Positions 26,212 to 37,881 of a stretch of 64,000 nucleotides of DNA are shown in pieces (within the stretch, counting starts at the first letter, position 1; each line of letters opens with the position of its first letter). The notes beneath the pieces are model-generated. The model worked only from the letters and a program-made list of their open reading frames with translations, was not told the origin of the DNA and did no database searches. Made by a program: the position numbers and the translations under genes. This DNA comes from Felis catus (taxonomy: Eukaryota), in assembly GCF_018350175.1 (NCBI RefSeq), contig NC_058375.1, positions 123,628,001 to 123,692,000 on the forward strand, read 5' to 3'.

Positions 26212-26555
26212 CAGTTGACCCTTATAGTGTATTTACTGACCCCACCCCTGCAGTTGAAAATCCCTTTATAAATTTTGAGTCCTCCCGAAACTTACTAATA
26301 GCCTACTGTTGGCCAGAAACTTAGTATATAAAATGTCAATTAACACAGATTTTAATAAAATAACAATTAACAGATTTTGTATGTTATATCTATTATATAC
26401 TATAGTATTACAATAAGGTAAGCTAGGGAAAAAGTGTGATTAAGAAAATCATAGAAAAGAAAATTCATTCACAGTACTGAACTGTGTATATTTTAAAGAA
26501 TCTGCATATAAGTGGACCCATGCAGTTCAAATTCATGTTATTCAAGGGTCAACTA
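26212..26555. mobile_element. Tigger2a-like non-autonomous element
   Basis: TIRs cagttgaccctt / aagggtcaacta flanked by TA. Confidence 0.85.
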
Positions 26556-26602
26556 TAATGTGAATCCTCCCATAAATAAAAGGTACTTAAAATTGGTTTG
26601 GA

Positions 26603-26811
26603 GGGGCGCCTGGGTGGCGCAGTCGGTTAAGCATCCGACTTCAGCCAGGTCACGATCTCGCGGTCCGTGAGTTTGAGCCCCGCGTCAGGCTCTGGGCTGA
26701 TGGCTCAGAGCCTGGAGCTTGTTTCCGATTCTGTGTCTCCCTCTCTCTCTGCCCCTCCCCCGTGCATGCTCTGTCTCTCTCTGTCCCAAAAATAAATAAA
26801 CGTTGAAAAAA
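26603..26811 (+). mobile_element. Young felid SINEC_Fc-type SINE
   Basis: Near-consensus; perfect 14-bp TSD aaaattggtttgga. Confidence 0.96.
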
Positions 26812-27319
26812 AAAATTGGTTTGGATTTTGGAATAAAAAAAACGGAGCATTAATAGAAAAACTACTGAATATGAATAAAGTCTTGAGTTCAGTTGTATTC
26901 ATGTTGGCTTCCTAACTTAGGCAAATGTACCATGGTAATGTTAGATGTTAACAATAGAGGAAACTGAGTGAGGGGTACGTGGAAACTCTATGTGTTGTCT
27001 TGTTAAACTTTTCTGTACATTTTTTAAAGTTTTTTTTTTAGAAGCATCTAAAAATCTGCTCTAAGAAATATTGTATAATGTTATAAGATTATGTATTCTG
27101 AGAAGGCTAATCCTTACATTATATTTATTTCTCTGGGAGAATAATCTGTCTAGAATTATGCATGTTTTGAATTATGTGATCTTATCCCATGAATATAATT
27201 CACTACTATGTGCATTATGTATTTACATCCTGTTTTGTAAACTGAAATAGGGAAAACTGAAGATTTAAGGCTGAATCATAAGCTAAAAGAAATCCCTCTT
27301 CCCAATAAAAACCAAAGAA

Positions 27320-27350
27320 CAAAACTAAAACTAAAACTAAAACTAAAACT
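27320..27350. repeat. (AAAACT)5 hexanucleotide repeat
   Basis: Visible directly. Confidence 0.9.
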
Positions 27351-28239
27351 CTTCCAGTTTCTAACATCAAAATTGTGACAGTAACGCTTTACCATTCCAT
27401 GTGATCTTTGGACAAGTATGTGATCAAAGACCTGGCTTTAAGTGTGGAATCTGGAAACGAGGTCCCCAGGTAGGGCTCTGTCTTATTCCATGATGCAGAA
27501 ATGTGAGCACAGGAATCCAAATCTTGTAGGCACAATCATAAATCTTTATGAGAAATTTGCCTTTTGCCCATTTAGTTGGTAGGATCTGCTCCCTTCCCTC
27601 GCTCCTTCCCGCACTTTGTGTTTTTTATCAAAGCAAAGTGTCTTGGGAGTGGTTGTGGGGAGGGTGTGTTTGTCATCATGTTACATTCCTCTGTAGGCCT
27701 CTTTTCAGATAAAAGGTGTCTTTTTGTAGACTTCACACTTGTAAAAGAAATTCCAATCATTTAAATTCAAGATGTTTCAGGGTTTACAGTTTCTACTGTT
27801 TGCATCTCTATTTTAGAGTATATATCTTGAAATTGTATATCACACTCCCCTATGTGTCATTTCTTATAATAGCATCTCTCTGATATTGACTGGCCATTGG
27901 ATAAACAGTGCAGTTATATTTCACAATAATTTGAATTAACAAATTTTAAATAGCAAGCAATAAAATATTATTAAAATCTTATTTTACACACGCATGTTGA
28001 GATACTAGGAGTACCCGACACTAAAAATTGTTTATTGTATATTAAAGAGTAACTGAGGTAAGGAATGCATTACAATGGCCCAGGTTTATGTGTACTGACT
28101 GTTATTCCTTACATTACATTTATTCTTAAGGAAAATGTCTGTATGTCTTATGAGTGTTTGAGTTATGTGAAGTTTTAAGGAGCTATTCCAGTGGCTTGAA
28201 TGATCCAACCCCCTTACTGTGAATCTGTTTTATTATTGT

Positions 28240-28440
28240 TGCTGATGTGATTGGTAATGATAAAAGTTATTGGCTGCTTAATCCTGTGCTGCGTACTGTG
28301 GTGAGTACCTGTGTATGCAACCATGTGTATTAGACAGGCAGTTATTATTAATATCATTTCTATTTTGTAAATGAAAAATCTCATGCTTGGCAAATTTAAG
28401 TAACTCGTGTCCAAGGGAATACCTTTGGACTTAGGGCTGG
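28240..28440 (-). mobile_element. MIR
   Basis: ctattttgtaaatgaaaaa..ttaagtaactcgtgtccaagg. Confidence 0.6.
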
Positions 28441-29852
28441 AATGAAGCTTTCTTTCTCGGCAGTTTCAAGAATTTTCCTAACCAGTTCAGTATAAAATAT
28501 TGACCACTCTTGCCTCTGCTATTTCATCCCTGTGGAAAGGTAAGACAGTCTTTGTTTCTGTGATCTTATAACTTTAAGTTTCCATCTGCTTCTGGGTTCT
28601 TAGGTCACTCATCTGCCTTCTTGGAAGGCATCCCTCTCCCCGCCTCCCATTCCACTGAGATGGTGACGGGACAAATAGAGTGCCACTTTACCTCTGTAAT
28701 TGTTCAAGACTGAAGAAGCTGTTTAACCTATTTTGTTTGCTTGCTTGTTTGCTTGCTTCTTTGCATGTGTGACTTTTTTTTATATCAGTTAAATTGTCCA
28801 GTTTTTTTTTTCCTAAAGGGTGTTACCCCTTACCACTTTTTTTAAACAACACTGTCTGTAATCATCGTTTTTCAGCTTCCTGAGAGTAGTTGATATTTTT
28901 GGTTATAAAATGGCAATACATATCAACTCTCCCCTGAAAGAGGGATTAAAACATTCATTTTCCTTTTAGGATTAAAAAAAAAAAAGGTAAATCTACTCAT
29001 CTTGAACAGAGGCAATTTGGCTCCAGCATGTCTGAGACATTCCATAGCCTGTGATGTAATTTCCTCCCCTAAATCTTTCTATTCAGGGAGACAGAGTAAC
29101 CTCAGGACAGGGAAGAAACGAAATTTTTTCAGTGTTTTTTAATTTTGAGGTATGTTTAAACATCTGGAGTAAAGGAATGTGAGTTGAGCTGGAATTGGGG
29201 CTTTCATACTGCATGCAGGTTTATATTTTCTATTTCTATTTCTATTTCATAAATTCCTATTAACCAAAGAACTGAAGCTATACTCCATTACTGTTATAAT
29301 CTCTGCAGAAACTTCATTATGAATTCATATTCTATCACTCAACTAAAACTGAGCTTCATGAAGGCAAGGACTTTGTCATAGAAGACTGCTGGACATGTAG
29401 TAGGAATTAAGCTTGTTTTCAATGAGTGAATTGTGGTTCAGTAACTGAGATCTCATTAAAGAAGCTTCATAAAACTAAGGAAGTATGTAGAGAATAGCAA
29501 ACTAGAAGAAGCACTGGAAGAGAAGTCAGGGGGCTGGATTCTACTTTTCAGCTTTGTTCTCAACTGATGGAAGTGTGTAACTTTGGGCAAGTCCCCAAAC
29601 CACTCTAAAACTCTAAAAGTTAAACTCTTTGGATAGTGAGCTAGGCTTTGCTTTACTTTAATTTCTGAATGTTAGTTCTGATTCAAGGTTTTTAAAGATT
29701 TGGTTGATGGAATATTAAGATATTGTGCACCTAAATGGTCTGTTTTTGATGCCATAGATTATGCATAAGCATATTTCTTAGCTAACATAATAAGGTGTGT
29801 GATTTACACTACAGACTTAGTAACTATTGAATTTTAAAATTTATGTCATACT

Positions 29853-30058
29853 GGGGCACCTCGGTGGCTCAGTTGGTTAAGCATCTAACTTTGGCTCAGG
29901 TCATGATCTCATGATTCATAGGTTCGAGCCCCATGTCAGGCTCTGCGCTGACAACTTGGAGCTTGCTTTGGATTCTCTGTCTCCATCTCTCTCTCTCTCT
30001 GCCCCTCCCTTGCTTGCACACTCTCTCTCTCCAAACATTAACAAAATTTTTTAAAAAA
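29853..30058 (+). mobile_element. Can-SINE
   Basis: Consensus match; TSD aaaatttatgt. Confidence 0.92.
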
Positions 30059-30905
30059 TTTATGTTGTATCAAATATCACTTGTTAAATATAATCTAGTA
30101 TCTTTGAAAACAAATACATTTCCCTAGAGCCTCCTATATTTATGAGTAAACCTATGTACCTAAATGATTTCACATTGTTCCTTTGCTAATTTAAAGGCTG
30201 CTCATCTTAGTGGAGGTTCCTTGTTGTTGGAAGGACTAGCCCAGTGGGAAAGTGTTGGCGAGATTCACTCACAAATCAAAGAAGCCAAGTCTGTGATTCA
30301 GACTGCCTATCTAGAATTAGAATTACACTTGTCAAGCAGCCAGAGGAGAGACAATGTCCTTATTGGAATACAGCATTTCTTGTCTTCATGATCACCTGAA
30401 AATGCCAAAGGCAAAAGACAAGTTGAATCCTGCTGCTAGAGAGGCACAAGAGTGTTTATTCTGCTCTAAACTTGGAAGAGGAGACCTGGGATTCTTGACA
30501 TCTGGCACTCCAGCTACCTTTATCCAGCAAATGCATTGTGAGAAAGGCAGAACATTTAAAGGCAAAAAGAAAGCAGCCTTTGATGGTTCTTTTATTTATT
30601 TATTTTTCATATATTACCTATTTTGAAGGAGACATTGTGCTTCAGGTCAATGTTTTCTTATAAACTTATTTGTAAGTTTACACTGTAAAATGTAAGAAGT
30701 GCATTTTCAATTTCAACTCAATATAGCTGCATATACACCCGCAGACATACGTGCACACACATACATACACACATATAGACGTAAAACAAAAACTAAGTTT
30801 CTTCCAAACAATGTCTGCCCTAGCTACAGTTGAGCCATCTGGCACTCTTTTTTTTTTTTTTTTTTTTTTTTAGTATTACTTCACTTTTTAAAAACTACTG
30901 GTTGT

Positions 30906-31020
30906 GGGGCACCTAGGTGACTCAGTCGATTAAGTGTCTGACTCCTGATTTCAGCTCAAGTCATGATCACACGGTTCACCAGTTTAAGCCTCCCACTGGG
31001 GTCCATGTTCAGCATGTGTC
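30906..31020 (+). mobile_element. Can-SINE 5' half only
   Basis: Head and B-box region present, no CT tract or tail; abuts an L1. Confidence 0.8.
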
Positions 31021-31035
31021 TGCCCAAACAACCAT

Positions 31036-33660
31036 TTCATTCAAAAGGCTCTTTTTCAAGTTGAGGATGTCCTCCCTACTACTGGTTTGTTGCATGTTTT
31101 TATCGTGAAAGAATAATGGATTTTGTTGAGTATTTTTTCTGTATCAATTGAGATGATCATACAGTTTTTATCTTTTACATATAAGGACTTAGAAGGTGTG
31201 TTATATTGATCGGTTCTCTTGTGTTGAACCAACATTGCATTGCTGGGATACATCGCACCTGGTCATGGTATACAATCCTCTTTATATGCTGCTGGATTCA
31301 GTTTGCTAGTGATTTGCTGAGGATTTTTGTATCTTTATTGTTAAGGAATATTAGTCTGTAGGTTGTTTATTTTCCTTGTGATTTCTTTGTTTGGTTTTAG
31401 ACTCAGGTAATACTGGCTCCACAGAATGAATTGGTCAGTGGCTCTTTCTCTCTTTTCCTTGAAAGAGTTGGTGAAGAATTGGCATTAAGTCTTCTTTAAA
31501 TGTTTGGTACCATCCGCCAGTAAACTTGTTTGGGTCTGGGCATTTGTTTGTTCAGTAGATTTTTGATTACTTACTCAATGTTTTTAAACTTGTTTTAGGT
31601 CTATTTCAACATTGAATTTTTTCTTGAATTAGTTTCAGTAGTGTGTGTGTTTTCTAGGAATTTTAGTAATTTAAGTCTTCTATCTTTCCTTCTTAGTCTG
31701 TCTAGATAAAGGTTTACCCATTTTCTTGATTTTTTCAAATAATTAATTTTTGTTGTTGATATTCTCTATTGTTTTTCTGCTTTTTTATTTAATGTTTTTA
31801 TAGTGCAATTTTATTATTTCCTAACTTCTGATTGCTTTAGCTTTAGTTTGATTCCCCCTGCCCCCAGTTTCTTAAGGTGGAGGGTTAAGTTTTATTTGAC
31901 ATTTTTCTTCTCTTTTAATGTAAGCATTAATAGCTATACATTTCATTCTGAGCATTGCTTTTGCTACACCCCATTTGTTTTAGTATGTTCTCTTTTCATT
32001 GTCATTGATATCAAATATTTTCTAATTTCCCTTGTCAGTTTTTTTTTTTTTTGATCATTGGTTATTTGAATGTGCTTTTTAGTATTCATGTTTCTGTGAA
32101 GTTTCCAAATTTCCTTGTTATCAGTTTCTAATTTTACTCCATTGTGTTGGAGAATATATTTTGTATAGTTTCAATCTTTTAAAATTTATAGATACTTACT
32201 TAATGGTATACACATATGGCCTATCCTGGAAAATGTTCTATGTGCGTTTAAGTAGAATATGTATTCCACAGTTATTGTGTGGAGCGTTCCATTGATTCCT
32301 ACTAAGTCTCCTTGGTTAAGTCTAGTGCTGTTCATTTCTTTGTTGATCTTCTGTCATTTTACCCATTATAGATAGTGAGTTGTTGAAGGATCCAACTTTG
32401 AATTGTCTATTTGTCCTTTTGATTCTATCATTTTTGCTTCATATATGTTGGGTCTTCATATATGTTTTTAGGTCCATATATGGTCACAAGTGTTATAATT
32501 TCTTATTGATTGACCCTTTTTCAATATAAAATGTTCTTTTTCTGTAACTATTTTTATCTCAGAACGAACAAAATATTTGTTTGCCATTGGTATAGCCATT
32601 CCAACTCTTTTATGGTTATGCTTATGTATGCATATACATCTATATCCATACTTTTACTTACAACCTATTAGACTCCTTGAATCTAAAGTATGTCTCTGTA
32701 GACAGCATACAGTCAAATCATGTGGGTTGTTTTTTATTCTGCTAATCTTTGCATTTAAATAAGATAGTTTAAATCATTTACATTTAAATTAAATCATTTA
32801 CATTTAGCCATCATTTCTTGTTTATATAGAAACTCAAGGTTACCTAGGGGTGAGTTTAAGGGCCTTCTCAGTTCTTTTTTGAGCATGCACACATCTCTGG
32901 TATATGGATATCTCATTCCCAGGTTTTCTTTTAAGCTTTTTGGTAGTCTTTGATTTGCTTCAGTTCTTGTCTACTACCTTTGGCATCCACAAAATTATAC
33001 AGTAGCCTATAGTTGTTTCTGAGATTGTGATCTTTGCATTAGACAAGCTCAGAGTCAGGTTAGATACAAATAGCATTGCAGGTGAGGTCTTCTTGGGGAC
33101 CACTAGACTAGCCAAATAATGACAATTCTTTGAGAGTAAGTCTTTGAAGGAGCCCCAATCCTCTGGTAGCTGCCTGGCTGCTGGTTTTTGCCTCAAATAT
33201 AAGCTATTAATTTATTTTTAATTTTTAAATGTTTTTTATTTTATTTTTTTTATTTTTGAGAGAGAGAGAGACAGACAGACAGAGCATGAGCAGAGGGCAG
33301 AGAGGGAGGGAGACACAGAATCCGAAGTAGGCTCCAGAGGCAGAGAAAGAGGGAGACACAATTCGAAGCAGATCATGACCTGTCCATGAACTTGGACACT
33401 TAACTGACTGAGCCACCCAGGCACCCCTAAGCTATTAATTTTTAAGACTACTTTAGAGGTGAGAACAGGAGATGAGACTAGGGCATGTTAAAACCCCACA
33501 AAGCTTAATATTCTTACCAAGATTCAAACATTTTTCTTGTGTGACTGTAGGATTTTAAAAGCCTTTTGTTAATTTTCAGAGTTCTGAACATGATTCTGAC
33601 AAGTTTTCCATTTTTTCTTATTGCTTTTATGGAAGACAGAGTTTTTAGAAATCAATACTC
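31036..33660 (-). mobile_element. Old L1M fragment (ORF2 5' half and upstream region), antisense
   Basis: Minus-strand remnants such as NCMIISIDTEKILNKIHYSFTIK; T-rich L1 antisense composition. Confidence 0.85.
33214..33427 (-). mobile_element. Internally rearranged Can-SINE inserted in L1
   Basis: Perfect TSD taagctattaattt (33200-33213 / 33428-33441). Confidence 0.92.
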
Positions 33661-33815
33661 TTTTTTACATAATACCATTCAATATTGTTTATTATTTTTG
33701 TAATACATTCTGAACATTCTTTAGTGTTTGTGGTGGTACTAAATTTGTCTCTTTTTTTTAATGTTACTAATGCTGTGCCTTAGGAACATACCTTAAATTC
33801 TTATGGATGTCTTTT

Positions 33816-34033
33816 TCAAAAAAATATTTATTTATTTATTTTGAGAGAGAGAGAGTGTGAGCGTGCAAGCTGGGGAGGGGCAGAGAGAGAGAGAGGGAGA
33901 GAGAGAATTCTAAGCAGTTCCCATGCTGTCAGCACAGAGCCCATTGTGGGGCTTGATCCCACGAACTGTGAGATCATGACTGAGCTGAAATCAAGAGTTG
34001 GAAGCTTAACTGACTGAGCCATCCAGGGACTCC
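33816..34033 (-). mobile_element. Can-SINE
   Basis: TSD tcttatgga(tg/aa)tctttt. Confidence 0.93.
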
Positions 34034-34178
34034 TCTTATGGAAATCTTTTCCATAAAATTTTTTTCCAATAGATTTTCTGCAAAGTTTCTTTAGAATATA
34101 ATAGAGAACCCACAAGATACAATATAAAATGCTTCACTGTCTAATATTTTGTATTATTAATTGATGCTTATGTGTTAA

Positions 34179-34391
34179 ATTTTTTTTTTCAACGTTTATT
34201 TATTTTTGGGACAGAGAGAGACAGAGCATGAACAGGGGAGGGGCAGAGAGAGAGGGAGACACAGAATCGGAAACAGGCTCCAGGCTCTGAGCCATCAGCC
34301 CAGAGCCTGATGCGGGGCTCAAACTCACGGACCGGGAGATCGTGACCTGGCTGAAGTCGGACGCTTAACCCACTGCACCACCCAGGCCCCC
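34179..34391 (-). mobile_element. Young felid SINEC_Fc-type SINE
   Basis: Perfect 16-bp TSD gatgcttatgtgttaa (34163-34178 / 34392-34407). Confidence 0.96.
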
Positions 34392-35236
34392 GATGCTTAT
34401 GTGTTAATGTAACTTGACTATCTTGTTTAAAGTTGCGACTCTCTCTCTAAAAAGCCTGATTTATTTCCCTGATTTGTATTTTTCCACAGCGCCTATCACC
34501 ATTTTCACTTTCACTTATATATTGTGTGTCTTCCCCCACTCCCATGTAAGCACCATAATGGGTAAGGAATTTCTTAAAATTCAAATCCCAGAAAGAAGGG
34601 GAAAAAAGAAAACAAGCTTCAGAGTTAGCCACTTACTTGTGATAATTGAAAATAATTGAAAAAGCAGCTAACAATTATCAAGTGTTTGCCATGTGCAAAC
34701 TTCCTTACAAACCTTATCTCATGCAGTCTTTGAAACTTATGAGGTAGGTGCGATTATAATACATTTTAGGAAACTGAAGCATATTCACCATTACCTTTGG
34801 TAAAATTTCAACCACTCTTCTTTTCTTTTATAAAATGTGGATTATGTCTATTCTTCACTTAATTTCTGTAAGTGAAGAAACGTGTGTAAGATTTTTAGCA
34901 TCTGATAGGTGCTTGATAGAAGGTAGTTGTATTGAGTATATAGCCTTCTAATATGACCTTGACATACATGATGAAATGTGTTTTTTTTTCTTTCTCCTCA
35001 TTGAAAGGGATAGTGTTGTCAAAAAGAGCTCAGAGGACCTCTCCAGAACTAAATTACACCTAGAGACACAAGTTATTTGACTGTGAGGAAATAAAACAAA
35101 CCTGCTGCCACCAGGATCCCAAAGCTCTAAATCCCACCATTCTCTTCCCAGTGGGGTCACACAGACTGCATTTACTATGAACTCTAGAATGACTGAAAAA
35201 AGGTGAGGACCAGAGAATAAAAAATCAGAGAAGACA

Positions 35237-35468
35237 CTTAACAGGAGACCATGTGCAGGGGAGCAGTAGGGGAGAAAAAATAGTTACAGAGAGGGAGCAA
35301 GGCAAACCATAAGAGACTCTTAAATACCAAGAACAAACTGAGGGTTGATGGGGGGTGGGGGAGAGGGGAAAGTGGGTGATGGGCATTGAGGAGGGCATCT
35401 GTTGGGATGAACACTTGGTGTTATATGGAAACCAATTTGACAATAAATTATATTTAATATAAAAAAAA
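35237..35468 (+). mobile_element. Short 5'-truncated felid L1 3' UTR (L1_Fc-like)
   Basis: gagactctta...aacaaactgagggttgatgggggg...gggcattgaggagggca...ccaatttgacaataaa followed by A tail; TSD aaaaaatcagaga(a/g)gaca. Confidence 0.9.
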
Positions 35469-36445
35469 TCAGAGAGGACAAGAACTTCAGTGATACTGAA
35501 CTCTACCAGAAGGGGGAAACCCAGAGGACAGCTCCCCAGGGCAACAGGGTTCAGGGTCCTAGTCTCCAGTCCCAATCATACAGATGTGGCCTGGAGGGAC
35601 TCTACTGTTGGCTCAAAGGCATTCTGAATGATAAACTTTCCTAAAGTTTACCAAAAGCACACTCTTTATTCCCAGGTTTTTTCTTGACAGAGCCTCCTGG
35701 TGAAGTTCAGTTATGGGAGTAGAATCAATACATTGGGATGGCTGTAGTTTTTCTCATTAATAAAGAGTCAGAAAGACAAGAGGAGAATAAGACTAGAAAT
35801 AACATTAACAAAGACAATATTAATAACTATAAAAAGAAAAATAAGGACAAAGGAAAGGAGGGAGGGAGGAAGAGAAAAAAGAAAAAAAAAAAGGAAAAAT
35901 AAACCCCTAGGTGCAAATTTGACTCTTTCATGGAGTCCTTGTCTGAGGACTAGGTATTTTTCAGTTCAGGAAACAGAGACGCAGGAAGAAGAACCTTAAA
36001 TGAATTTTAAGATCAGTCTGGTATGGTAATTCATTACCACAAAATCACCACATGTTGGAGTAGAAGAGGACACTGCCAATTCTTTCACTGAATAAGGGAA
36101 AAGACAAAGTTCCAAAAGGTGTAGTGACTTTCTCAAGACAACATGTCTAATTTGGAAGAAGCTAGGGTTCAAAGAGTTTAAACCTTAAATCAGCCAGAAT
36201 AATTTTAGAATTTTGGTGGTTAAGGCTTATTATAAAGTAAGAAAAAATATAGAGAACAAAAAGACAAAGAAGCAGGATGTAGGGGGATGTTAAAAAAACA
36301 AAATACACATTTGCCATGATGAACTTTGGTCTCTTGGACATGCATGGGTTTTGCAGTGTTGTGAAATAGGCGTTAGGATGGGAATAGCTTGTGTGGATGT
36401 TAGGCCCGAATCACTGCCTGGATACTATGGGGGTTAATTAATTAA

Positions 36446-36446
<1 letters not shown>

Positions 36447-36487
<41 letters not shown>

Positions 36488-36493
36488 ACACAC
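36447..36493. repeat. (CA)n microsatellite
   Basis: ~23 units, one interruption. Confidence 0.97.
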
Positions 36494-36519
36494 CTATGTT
36501 CATTTAAGAAAATTTTGAA

Positions 36520-37030
36520 AATACTGAAATAAAGGCAAAATTTTAAAATCACCTTTAATTCCACTACCTGTCTATAAATACCAGTAGTATTGTAATATAT
36601 TTCCTTTCAGTCCCTTTGGGGATTTTTTTTTCTGATACATACACAAACACACATACACACAGAGATACACATTTTTTAAAAAATCATTGAGAGCAAGCTA
36701 TATATGTTATATTGCCACCTGCTGTTTTCATTTGTGTTATTAGCACTATTTTAATTATCTCAAATATTCACTTTCTAAAATACCTCAATTTATTTAAATC
36801 ATTCACTAGTGTGAATATTTTTGTTGCCTACCATTTCTTGCTAATATAAAAAAAATGCTACCCTGAACATCATTGGTGCTAAATCTTTGCACACATCAGT
36901 GGTGATTGTTTACTCAGGATAAATTCCTAGAAATAGGTCAAAGGTAATCACATTATTAGATATGAATAGGGAGTACATAATTAAAGGTTTTGATAAATAC
37001 TTCCAAATTACATTCCAGAACAGTTGTGAA
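36520..37030 (-). mobile_element. L1ME-like fragment
   Basis: ggataaattcctagaa..ggtcaaagg-type motifs. Confidence 0.55.
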
Positions 37031-37037
37031 ATTGTTA

Positions 37038-37143
37038 GCAATATAAAAAAAGCAATATAGCAATATAAAAAAAGAAAAAACAATATAAAAAAAGAATATA
37101 AAAAAAAATCTAAAAAAGAATTAACAATATAAAAAAAGAAAAG
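37038..37143. repeat. Degenerate A-tract minisatellite (CAATATAAAAAAAG-like units)
   Basis: About 6 imperfect copies. Confidence 0.8.
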
Positions 37144-37219
37144 TATGTATGTATATTTGTGTTTATTTGTTTGTGTTTGTGTATACAGGTGTGTGTATTT
37201 CTTCTAGTAAGGTAGAATA

Positions 37220-37545
37220 CTATTTAGCTTAGGTGACTGTATGGGAGTAACTAGCTGCTAAAGTACATAAAATCTAAAATTTCAATGCTTAACATAGTAG
37301 AAATTTCTTTTTGCTCATGTGGCTGTCCAATGAATGGTTCCTGGTGGGGATGGCTTTCCTCTGTGGCATGATTTAGGGATTCAGGCTCTTGTAACTAGGA
37401 ATTATTTAGTGCCTTATCATTGTTGTATCCATCTGGTGGGGATAAAGCATGATGGATGTACAACTTCATAGTCCATTAGTTAGAACTTAGTCACATGGTC
37501 AACCTAACTGCAAGAGAATATGGGAAATATGGTCAGAGATTGCTG
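37220..37545 (-). mobile_element. Old MLT1 (K/L-like) LTR
   Basis: agaacttagtcacatggtcaacctaactgcaag..gggaaat. Confidence 0.6.
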
Positions 37546-37700
37546 CCACAGGGGCCCAAAAGGATAAACCTAGGTAGGACAATAGAGCAGGTTTATGGAA
37601 TAAAAATCCTAATGATCACTATATTGACAGAAAAGGTCAATTACAAGTTTACCAATTATTAGCAATGACATAACCATATATACACTGAGGTTGAATTTTT

Positions 37701-37881
37701 AAAACTTTATTTATTTATTTTGAGAGAGAGAGAGAGAGGCAGGGAGAGAGGGAAAGAGAGAATCCCAAGCAGGTTCTCCGCTGTTTGTTCAGAGCCTGAC
37801 ATGGTGCTCTATGTCATGAACAGAGACAACATGACCTGAATTAAAATCAAGAGTCAACCAACTGAGCCACCCAGGTGCCCC
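37701..37881 (-). mobile_element. Can-SINE
   Basis: TSD tgaggttgaattttt. Confidence 0.9.

Noticed and set aside
30164-30626. Helical-looking ORFs (75 and 90 aa)
   Set aside because: No recognisable homology or splice structure; part overlaps MIR-like sequence.
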